A stretch of 64,000 nucleotides of DNA from Eledone cirrhosa. Lineage: Eukaryota. The position numbers and the translations under genes were made by a program. This document shows positions 53,801 through 64,000 of this stretch, in pieces (the stretch's first letter is position 1; the number at the start of each line of letters is the position of its first letter). The notes under the pieces are model-generated. The model was not told the origin of the DNA. It saw only the letters and a list, made by a program, of their open reading frames with translations, and ran no database searches. Location of the stretch: positions 84,878,001-84,942,000 of the forward strand of contig OZ024743.1 of NCBI GenBank assembly GCA_964016885.1. The letters are read 5' to 3'.

Positions 53801-56255
53801 GACGGGTGCATGCTACTCGATCCCGGGCAAATGTGTGAAGCTTTTCCGCGACACTTCGCTCAGCTGTTCGGGGGCAGCGGTGGGCCGGGTCGAGGGATGG
53901 ACTTTAGTGTCTACCTCGACGGACTGCCGCGGCTCTCGGCCACTGAGGTGGAGTGTGCGATAACAGCCGCTGAAGTACGGGAGGCAATGACTGGCTGCAC
54001 AAGAGGTAAATCGCCTGGTTTGGATGGTCTGCCCTATGAACTTTACGTACAGATGCCAGACTTGTTCGGAGGCCTCTTGGCGGACGTCTACTGCAACTGG
54101 CAACAGAACGGGAGAATTCCCAGCTCTGTGAGCTGAGGAGCTGTGGCGCTGCTGAGAAAGGATCCGAACAAGGGGGATAACAGATAATTTCAGGCCCATA
54201 ACTCTGCTAAACACAGAGTTCAAGATTTTGGCCAAGGTGCTAGCAAAGAGGTTGGCGCTTGTCGTTGGTGGTCTGGTGGGAGAGGCGCAGACATGCGCCA
54301 TTCCCGACAGATCCATCCACGACAACCTCCACCTCATGTGATACATTGTAGAGAGGGTAGCTAGGGAACCTGGCACGGGTGGGTCCTTGATCAATTTAGA
54401 TCAGTCGAAAGCTTTCGATAGGGTCGACCATCGTTACCTAGCGGCAGTCCTGAAGGCGGCTGGCTTTGGGCCCGTCTTCAGAGGCTGGATTGCTGCCATG
54501 CACAGCGACATCTGCTCTGTGGTGAGAGTGAACGGTCACCTTTCAGAACCGTTCAACATCATGCGCTCGGTCCGCCAAGGATGTTCCCTCTCGTCCCTCT
54601 TGTACGTATTGACTCTCGAGCCATTACTGCACAAACTGGAAACGTTGAGGGCGTCCCGCGCGAACTAGGATGCGGAAGATCCGTGTCAGCATATGCGGAC
54701 GATGTCACCGTAGTGGTGTCGAACGCCAAACACATCGAGGTGATCGGCACTACAATAAGAGAATACGAAGCGCTGACAGGAGCAATGATCAACCAGGAAA
54801 AGTCAGTGGGCCTGCAGCTCGGCACCTGGAGAGGCAGGTCCATGCCGTCCTACAGCGTCGTCGGGCGCTGGACGGATGGACCGGTTAAATTGCTAGGGGT
54901 CTGGTTCGGTCCTGACCAAAAACTGGGATGAGGTGACGACAGGGTGGCTTCTCTCACCCAGAAATGGGCGGAGAGGAAGCTATCCTTGAAAGGTCGAGTG
55001 GAGGTGGCTAACGCGTACATCGCGTCCGTCATCTGCTACCGCCTGACCGTCGTACCTTGTCCTAAGCCCCGCCTGACTGCACTGGAGCGTTTGCTCTTTC
55101 GCTTTTTGTGGAAGGGATGCGCTCCGATGGTCAGGCGGTCCATCTGTTGTCAATACCCTCTACGTGGAGGGCAGGGCATGTCGTGGCTGATGATGCGCAG
55201 ACACGCGCTCAGGCTACGACATCACCTCTTCCTCGACGGTGATCAGGTGTGGTCACCGTTTGTTAGACGCGTATTTCCCCAGCTCATTTCCTTGACGGAG
55301 CTGCAGTCCTGGGTCAAGCGAAGACCGAGAGGGGGCGCTTGGAGACTGGAATGTCTTCAGGCGCTCACAGCCCTCGACCAATCGGGCAATGTGATCGGTG
55401 GAAACTCCACCTTGGCGTTCTATAGAGGATTAGTGGAGGGGAAGAGCGACGACGTACTTGAGGAAACTCTAGGCCTCGATGAAAATCAACTAGCCAATCT
55501 CTTCGGAAGAACTTTCGGGCCGGGGCCTATGGACAACTTCCAGAAATCCCTGGTCTGGCAGTGCTACCGGCATGGAGGTGCCGTCAGCTGGGCATGTCCG
55601 AGATGCGCACAGGGCGACGAAACCGTCCTGCACGCACTCGTCCAGTGTCCGAGAATTGCTGACTTGTGGGTTTATGTCGAACACCTGCTGTCGCGTGAGT
55701 GACGGATCCGGCTATCAGCTGAGTCCATCGTGAGGATTGCCCCGCCCTCTTCCTTTAGCCAGGAAGGGCAGGCAGTTTTTATCTGTCTGGTGGCCATGGC
55801 GAAAGAGATAGTATGGTGGACAGACACGTTTGAAAGGGCTGAAGACGAGCACTTACCTCTTCGGTGATGCCCTGATTGACTTTTTCAAATTTCATTTGAA
55901 AAGGAAAATCACGGTAGAGAGGGAAGTGCTCTCTTCCCAGCATTTTGTTGAAAGATGGGTGAGAGAAGCAAGAATGGCCCGAGTGAATGGGCCTACTCTG
56001 AGTATGTGTCTGTAAATTAAAGGTGGAAAACTGGGAGAGGGCACTTGCCCTGGTGGTCAGGGTCACTGTGGCCTTTTAATGGGCTTTCTCCACAAATGTC
56101 CCTCCGAAGTCTCCTCCCTATTGGGGAATTTTTCATTGTTATTTTTTTATTACATCCTCTGTTTTTGTTTTTTACACACAGAAATGCCCATTTGTACCGT
56201 CCTGTACTGTCCTTAATGTCTACTTTATGTAAACCCTTGTGGTTAATAAAGTAAG
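50815..56255 (+). mobile_element. Tx1 copy B, probably 5'-truncated in ORF1, frameshifted
   Basis: ORF1 to 52711 (CFCCGLKTHLRAFC); ORF2 from 52746 with APE, RT (SAYADDV) and zinc finger; AATAAA at 56245 then (TTA)n. Confidence 0.93.
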
Positions 56256-56275
56256 TATTATTATTATTATTATTA

Positions 56276-57858
56276 AGGAATATGAAAGGTTGACAGGAGC
56301 CAAACTTAACCCGGAAAAGTCGGTGGGCTTGCAGCTTGGAACCTGGACAGGCAAGCCCATGCCGTCCAACAGCGTTGCGGGGCGCTGGACGGACGGACCG
56401 GTAAAGTTGCTCGGGGTTTGGTTCGGACCAGACCTCCAGGTGAAAAAGAATTGGGACGAGGTAACGAGCAGCGTTGCCAATCTCACCCAAAATTGGGCTG
56501 GGAGGAAGCTATCACTGAAAGGTTGCGCGGAGGTGGCGAATGCGTACATCACGTCCGTTATCTACTACCGCCTGACCGTCGTGCCTTGTCCCCGTCTGCG
56601 CCTCGTCAAGTTGGAATGGCTCCTCTTCAAATTCTTGTGGAGAGGACAAGTTCCGTTGGTGAGGCGGTCCATCTGCTGCCAGCACCCTCTACGCGGAGGG
56701 CTGGGCATGCCGTGGCTAATGATGCGCAGACATGCGTTGCGGCTGCGACATCTCCAGATATTCTGCCTCAACGGTGAACAGGTGTGGTCGCCGTTTATCT
56801 GACGGGCCTTTCCGCAGCTCATTTCTTTGACTGAGCTGCAATCCTGGGTCAAGAAGAGACCGAGACTGGGTGACTGGCACCTGGAATGTTGCCAGGCACT
56901 CACTGCCCTCTACCAAACGGGCAATGCGATCAGTGGAACTTCCACTCTTGAGTTCTATAGAGGATTAGTGGCGGGCAAGTGCGATGACGCACTCGGAGAA
57001 GCTTTGGGCCTCGACGAAGTCGAACTGACCAGTCTGTACCGGAGGACTTTTGAACCGGGGACGATGGACAATTTTCAGAAATCCCTCGCTTGGCAGTGCT
57101 ACCGGGGGGCACTGCCAGTTCGGGATAAACTCTACAGGCACGGAAGTGCTGTCAGACGGACCTGCCCAAGATGCGCACAGAACGACGAAACCGTTCTGCA
57201 CGCACTTGTCCAATGTCCGTGCATTACTGACTTGTGGAGTTATGTCGAACAGCTACTGTCGCGTGTAGAACGAATCCGGCTATCGGCCGAGTCCATAGTG
57301 AAGATCGATCCACCGCTTTCTTTAGGTCAGGAAGAGCAGGAAATTATCCTCTGTCTGGTGGCAGTTGCGAAAGAGGTTATATGGTGGACCAGGTTAAAAG
57401 GACTGAAGACAGACACTTTTCTCTTCGGCCAATCCCTCATCAACTTCTTCAAGTTTCACCTGGAAAGGAAGCTGAGGGTGGAGAGAGAAGTGCTGCCCCC
57501 CAGTACATTTGCTAAAAGGTGGGTGAATGTGGCGAGAATGGCTTGTGTGAATGGGTCTACTCTGACCATGCGCCTATAGGCTAGCTAACTTGAGGAGAGG
57601 GGTGCTCTCCCTGGGTGCCCTAGAAGCGCAGGGTGGTTCAGGATTGGTGGGGTACCCGAGTCACCCCAGGGTCGTCCACCCCCTATCGGGGAATTTATTT
57701 TGTTATATTTATGCATAGTTTATTTTATATTTTTATATTTTCATTGTTAAATTAGTCTTGCCATTGTGCACTTTTACTCGACCTTATTGTAAACCCCCAC
57801 TGTCCCTGTCTTTGTATTGTCCCCTACATGTCGGCCCTTGTGGCTTTTAAATGAAATC
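56276..57858 (+). mobile_element. Tx1 copy C, 5'-truncated, third subfamily
   Basis: Starts KEYERLTGAKLNPEKS; ORF2 end at 57579; distinct 3'UTR; (TTA)n on both sides. Confidence 0.93.
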
Positions 57859-58020
57859 ATTATTATTATTATTATTATAAGCAGAATCTGTAGAGCGTCG
57901 GATACCATGCTTTGCACAATTTAATCAACTTTCCCCTCCCCAAAATTGCTGGCCTTGTGTTTAAATGAGAAACCAAAATAAAATGAAATAAAATAATAAT
58001 AATAAAAAAATGAAATGAAT

Positions 58021-58552
58021 TAATTATTATTATTTTGAATTTGATATTTCAGTCACTGTTATTTATCCGAAAAATTTGCTCTAATGAACATCAAGGTAGC
58101 AACCTGCAACCTCAGATATTGAGGTCATATCGAAGGTTCCTTGCTGTTCCAAAAAAGGGGGTGGGGAGTAGGATAATGTTCTTTATCCAGCCTTGGAAAT
58201 TCAAGCTACATCTATAATCAAGCAAGATCTTATTTCCTTGTCAAAAACCACCAGGTCAGGTGTTTGTGTTCTAATTCTTTGTCTGTTTGTATCCTGAAAT
58301 ACCATAGCAACTTCACTCGATTTTCTATCGCCGACTCTGGCTTAGGCTCATATCACTTAGAATGTGGTAAATTATTTAGTTTGCATAAATACCAGTGAAT
58401 CCCTTTTCCTATGATATGCCTCCATGCTTTATTTTGAGTCTGGGCTAGGTGTTTACACTCAGATACAATATGAGCCAGTTTCCTCTCTCTTTCTCCACAG
58501 ATCCAACAGAGTGGGCTAGCCTCCTCCTTGTCAATATGATATTTCATCTCGT
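58021..58552 (-). mobile_element. R4/Dong-like RLE LINE fragment
   Basis: CWICGERERKLAHIVSEC knuckle, RH...IHWYLC, LLWYFRIQTDK and terminal GTARNLR; (TAA)n/(TTA)n on both sides. Confidence 0.8.
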
Positions 58553-58561
58553 ATTATTATT

Positions 58562-58600
<39 letters not shown>

Positions 58601-60440
58601 TATTATTATTATTAGGGTGGTGGGTTGGCAGTATCAGTAGAGTGTCAGACACCATGCTTTGCAACATAGAGTTATGATCCTTTACGTTTTGAACTTGAAT
58701 CCCGCCGAGGTTAGCTTTGCCTTTCATCCTTACCGGGTCGATAAAATAAAGTACCAGTCACGCACTGGGGTCGATTTAATTAACTTTCCCCTCCCCCAAA
58801 ATTAATGCCATTGTGCCCATATAAGAAACCATTATTATTGATCAACTGTTTCTCCTTTCCCTCAAATTACTGGCCTTAAGCCCAAATTAGAAATCATCGT
58901 TATTATAATTATTGTTACATGCTATTGGTATTTTGGCCAGACTAAGTACACTTCCTATCTGACCACAACCGATGGTCTAAAATGAGAAGTATTTTTGTCC
59001 TATTAAAGTCATTCCATAATGGATCTTGCTGATCCAATTGACCCGTTTCTTACTGTATTTTTAATGACATACACTGAATTTCAAGTAATTAATGAAGAAT
59101 TTGGAAGAATTTATTAAAATAATTTCATTATTAAGAGACTATTTGTAACAAATGCAGTCATGACAATATTGTTTAGAAGTTTGTTGGTTCTGCTACATGG
59201 CAGCTTTATTATTAAGAGGCTATTTGTAACAAATGCAGTCATGACAGTATTGTTTAGAAGTTTGTTTTAAAAAACATGGAGTTCCAGGTTCGGTTCTACT
59301 GCATGGCAGCTTAGGTAACTGTTTTCTGGTATAGCCTCAGGCTGAACAATGTTTTATTAGTGAAATTTGGTAGATGGGAATTTGGTGAAAGCTTGTTATG
59401 TTTGCTTGTGTATATGTGTATGTTTGTATGGTGAGTCAACAATGGCCATCCAATATGTTTTTTTTGTTTTTGAGAGAGCCAGTGGAGTGAGAGGCCCCCT
59501 AGTCTTCATTAATACATCTCTTTTGGAGAAGGTCACTCTAATATATAACCTGCGACTTCATTTGCATTCAATGATGTAGACGAGTTCTACTTTTTGGGTA
59601 AATGCATTTGATGCTACTGCAGCTTGCTTCCACTGGGAGAACTGTCATTTTTTCACCCAATAATTATCCTCTATATGCATCACATGTCCATACCAGTGCA
59701 GCCTTCTCTCGTACACATTACATTTTATTCCTTTTATACCTAGTTTTTCTTTCTGCTCATCCATGCTTTGCTGTTTATGGACATTACCATATCCATTGAA
59801 GTATGCTTACTTATTTCTCTCCAGCCTTTGCATACACTCTACATTTACTGCCCATTAGCTACAATATCCAGACTGTTGTCTATTTTCCTTTTGGTTTGTT
59901 TGAAAAAGTCCCATAGAAGTCTCACTTCCTTGTTCTACAGAATTTTCATTTGTGTTCCCACAAAACGGTTATAGCTCTTTTTGGATCATGCAAAGCCAAA
60001 TCTGTTGCAAACATTCTAGTCAATTATTTCTGCTATTTTATCTATTTTATCATGCCTATACTTATTTTACTCGTTTTGAGCTAACTGTGAGCATTCTAAA
60101 GCATGTAAGCTATTGTTTTATTTGGTTTCATTGTACATTCTACATTTAGGTGGCTCACTTTGTTAAAAAAGACCTACCTGCCAGTATAAGCACTGTGACA
60201 CTAAAGGTAAATATGGTGAAAGATTGAAATCTGTATGGAGTGGAGAGACTCTTTTTAGCCTGCAGTGGATGGAACAACCTTTCTATTGTTAGTGTCACAA
60301 TAAAACTTATTCATTACCCACTGTAAATGGTTGGCAAATGAACCAAGATAGCATAGAGGAGAAAGGACTTGTTAGTCATGTTGAAGACATGACAATCTCT
60401 AGTGTTGGTGCTATGATAAAATGAAAGTATGTATATATAT

Positions 60441-61825
60441 ATCATCATCATCATCATTATCATAAAATCTATCTTTCTACATTTGCATAGGTTTGATAGG
60501 TATTTTCTGACACAGCTTTCCTCTACCTGTTGCATTCCTTCATCATCTCCGCCATGTAGTTCACAGATTTAAGATTAGCTCTCACCACTTCTGTCCAACC
60601 CTTATTTGACCTTCTTCTGCAGCGACTTTCTTCTTGAAACTCCTGGAATTTCTTTACTGAACAATCTTCATCCATAGGCATCATGTGTCCATTACCAGTC
60701 TTTTTTTTTGGACTTTGCTTCTGATTCCTCCTATACTCCATTTTCCCCTAAGCTTCATTGTTCATGCACATTAGTATTACACATCCCACAGAGAATGCTA
60801 ACCTCATTACTTTCTAGATTTATGTCCTCTACATTCAATGCCTATGTCTCACTACCATGCAGCGTCACACTTTAGATACAGGTGTCATATACTCTTCTTT
60901 TCACTCAGAGATAGAATCCCTTTGTTGCCAACAGAGGTAGTAGTTCGCTGAACTTTTTCCACCCTGTTTTTATTCTGGCTTTCAGAGCAACTTTCTCCAG
61001 TGCTAGTTAAGTTACCTAGATAACAGAAACTATCAACTGCTTCTATGAATCTCACTACACCTCTTGTGTACTCATATTTTACATTGAGTACCATGTATAG
61101 AAAACCTTTACACTCCTTTTCTATGTAGTGAGCATAGCAATTTCCCTGATGGAAGCAGGACCCTTTTTTCCTTGCTTACCAAAGCTTTAGTCTTCACCAA
61201 GTTTACTCTGAAGCCTTATGATTCTAGGTTTTGTTTCCATGTCTGGAACTTCTCTAAATCATCCACAGAGCTATAAGTATCAGGTCATTTGCATACAGAA
61301 ATTCTCATGGACAACCAGTTTTAAACTCCAGCTTATGACCAGGAGAGCTAATAAAGAGAAGAGACTGAGGACTGAGCCTTGAGGAACACATTAAATTCTT
61401 CCCTAAACATTACCTTCTCTCACTTTGTTAACAGCACCTTTGTACATGGCTTGTACTGTTCTCACAAGTCACTCATCTTCTACTTTCCTTAAGGACCACC
61501 TGATAACACATCATGATACTTTATCAAAGACCATCTCCAGATCAACAAAAGCTAGCTATAATAGCTTACACTTAGCTAAGAATTTTTCTTGTAGTTATTT
61601 CAGTAAGAAGGGGGCATTGGTTGTACTCTGTCCTGGCACAAATCCAAACTGTATCTCATCAAATCTGATTCTTTTTTAGTTAGTTGTACTAAACTTTTTC
61701 TGTCCATCAGTTTCATGCCTCTTTAGTTGATCCATCAGTTTAACTGCTTCTGTAGTTGGTCTTTTTTAGAGCGTCACCTTTTTCCTTGTAACGTTAATGA
61801 TTATACTGCTATATCAGTCATTACG
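60441..61825 (-). mobile_element. Old degenerate RTE LINE
   Basis: Remnants QFGFVPG, SFVDLEMVFDKV, RTVQAMY, VDSFCYLG and a (GAT)n tail. Confidence 0.82.
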
Positions 61826-61835
61826 AGGGAGGGCG

Positions 61836-62190
61836 AAGGATCAGCATGTGTTGGGGGTGGAAGACCTGCATGGATGGAGGGTGGAAGATCTGCATGAGTT
61901 CGAGTTGAAGGATCAGTATGAATTGGGAATGGAAAATGTGCATGGGTGGAAGGTGTGGATTTTTATGTGTAGAGGATGTGCATGAATTGGAAGTGTGTAT
62001 GTGGGTTTCTGGTAGGTAGGGCAGGTATCAGTGGGGTGGGGTGAAACAGGTGTAGTGTACAGCTATCTCATCCATGGTTATACAGCGTGGAGTGGGGTGA
62101 AACAGGTGTAGTCTACAGCTATATCACCAGTGACCATGTAGGGTGAGAGTGGGATAGTGGTGAGGTGGGTGGAACAGGTGTTGTGTACAA
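61836..62190. repeat. 21-bp and about 60-bp G-rich minisatellites
   Basis: GAAGATCTGCATGxxTxGAGG units, then GGGGTGAAACAGGTGTAGTGTACAG units. Confidence 0.75.
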
Positions 62191-62223
62191 TAAATGAACG
62201 TAAATGCTGATTTCTATTTGCAG

Positions 62224-62402
62224 TTTTGACAAAAGTGGAAGATTCTCACATGACCCTCAACGAAAGCGATTTAAATGAAAAGATTGACATAGAAATTAAA
62301 GAGACTGAGACATACACATTGTTTGAATTAATTACTACCTGTGTCCTGGAGGATACTGAAGAGGCTAAGTTGGTTGAGAAAAGAAATGAAATTTATCGTG
62401 AG
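62224..62402 (+). CDS. DNAI4: DNAI4-like coding exon 6 (VLTKVEDSHMTLNESDLNEKIDIEIKETETYTLFELITTCVLEDTEEAKLVEKRNEIYRE)
   Basis: TTTGCAG acceptor, GAG|GTAAAC donor, 179 nt, phase 1 to 0. The pattern DLxxxIxIxxxETETxxxF...EAxxVxxRNxxY is typical of WDR78/DNAI4. Confidence 0.88.
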
Positions 62403-62484
62403 GTAAACATATTGTATATCTGTTTACAGATATACAATAAACAGATACTGTAAATAGATATTGTATATGTGAAGAGCCAAGTTG

Positions 62485-62870
62485 TGATATAATTATTAGT
62501 TATTGTGATATTATCATCTGTTATTGAGATATCATCTGTTATTGAGATATTATCATCTGTTACTGAGATATCATCATCTGTTACTGCGATATCAGCTGTT
62601 ACTATGATATCATCATCTGTTATTGTGATATCGTCAACTGTTACTGTAATATCATCATCTGTTACTGTGATATCATCACCTGCTACTGTGATATCATCAA
62701 CTGTTATTGTGATATCATCATCTGTTATTGTGATATCGTCAACTGTTACTGTGATATAATCATCTATTGGGATATCATCATCTGTTACTGTGATATCAGC
62801 TGTTAATATGATATTATCATCTGTCACTATGTTATCATCATCTGTTATTATGATATTATCTGTTATTGGG
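62485..62870. repeat. 21-bp minisatellite (ATATCATCATCTGTTACTGTG)
   Basis: About 18 units; explains the ITDDDI pseudo-ORF. Confidence 0.93.
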
Positions 62871-62875
62871 ATAAC

Positions 62876-63190
62876 AGGCAGTGAATTGGCAGAGTTGTTA
62901 GATACAATGCTTTGCAGTATTTGTTCCAGCACTCTGAGTTCAAATCCTGCTGAGGTAGACTTTGTCTTTCATTCTTTTAAGGTTGATAAAAAGGTACCAG
63001 TCTGATACTGGCATAAATACTTCCTTTCTATCTCTTTTTTTGCTTCACCTCTATCACTCTGTTTTTCCTTCTCTAGAAGAAATCAATTGTGTTCAGACCT
63101 GGAGAAGGGATAGGCTCTACCTGTATATCACACCATATGTCACTATCGTACCCCTACAACTGACCAGGAGTTACGGGTCCATACATATAT
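62876..63190 (+). mobile_element. SINE family 3 with extended 3' region
   Basis: Homologous to 38224-38570. Confidence 0.78.
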
Positions 63191-63257
63191 ATTACGATAA
63201 TATCTGTTATTGTGTTATCATTTTTTATTGTGATATCATCATCTGTTATTGTAATAG

Positions 63258-64000
63258 TGTGTAGTGGAGCATGGTAGAAGGATTGGCAAATGAAAGAACT
63301 CATCTGATGGAGATGGCGATGTGAACACTCCTTCAGTGGTCCCCAGATCAACTGGTATGGAAAACATTTAGACTACACTTCCAAGCCTATCTACCTTGAG
63401 GTCACTCTGGACCGGTCCCTTAAATACAAGGACCTTATTGCAAAGACTACAGCCAAGGTGAAATCAAGAAATAACATCTTAAAGAAGCTGGCTAAGACCA
63501 AATGAGGTGCCCATACTGGGTCAATCCACACCACAGCCCTAACACTTTGCTACTCCATAGCAGAATATGCCTCACCAGTGTGGAGCAGATCATCACATGC
63601 AAAGAAAATCAATCCTGCTCTAAACAACTCTTGCAGATCAATCACTGTGTGTCTCAAGCCAACCAAAGTGGATGACCTCTATTTTCTCAGTGGAATTACT
63701 ACCCCTCACATCAGAAGGACAGTCCACTCCCAACTTGAGAAGTTGAAGCAGGAAACTGACCCTCGTCAGCCACTCCAGGGCTGTGAACCAATGACAAAGA
63801 GGCTCAAATAAAGACACAGCTTTAGCTTTCTACACTCAGTTGAACCACTGAACAACAGCTTCTAGTCAGTGCCTGTCCCTGTGGTGCAGCCACCTTAATA
63901 ATGTGGAACACAGGTTCTCTCTAAGCCCTACAGAATCCCTCCCCTGGCCCCAGTGATGCTTGGCCCTTCTGGTCTTGTTTGAATTGCCTCCAAACAGCTG
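63258..64000 (+). mobile_element. Vingi/Ingi-clade LINE, degenerate
   Basis: PIYLEVTLDRSLKYK...AKVKSRNNILKKLA...LCYSIAEYASPVWSRSSH...CLKPT. Confidence 0.8.

Noticed and set aside
49975-56240. LTR retrotransposon suggested by long direct repeats
   Set aside because: The repeats are ORF2 C-terminus plus 3'UTR of a non-LTR element; no TG..CA ends, PBS, protease or integrase.
62393-62932. 179-aa ITDDDI repeat ORF resembling a biomineralisation or ice-binding protein
   Set aside because: A 21-bp minisatellite read antisense in a DNAI4 intron; the ORF start lies inside a SINE.

Overview
AT-rich, intron-dominated animal DNA; the repeat content (compound TA/TACA microsatellites, tRNA-derived SINEs, RTE/CR1/Tx1/R4/Vingi LINEs) looks like a coleoid cephalopod such as Octopus, which is an inference. 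Two spliced genes sit head-to-head about 450 bp apart. A MIER-family gene lies on the minus strand (3 coding exons, 34386 to 22950, continuing off the left end). A DNAI4/WDR78-like axonemal dynein intermediate chain gene lies on the plus strand (6 coding exons, 34841 to 62402, continuing off the right end). This is the same divergent pairing as human MIER1/WDR78. The shared promoter carries an RFX X-box, CCAAT boxes and a perfect kappaB site. MIER introns hold about 20 kb of microsatellite with RTE copies that carry a PHD finger inside the RT, SINEs, and six Penelope-type hammerhead ribozyme relics. One relic has an intact core and three are fold-back palindromes pivoting on the ribozyme. DNAI4 intron 5 holds a 13.4 kb head-to-tail array of four Tx1-clade LINE pieces bounded by (TTA)n. 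Nearly all long ORFs in the track between 1.3 and 30 kb are microsatellite artefacts.
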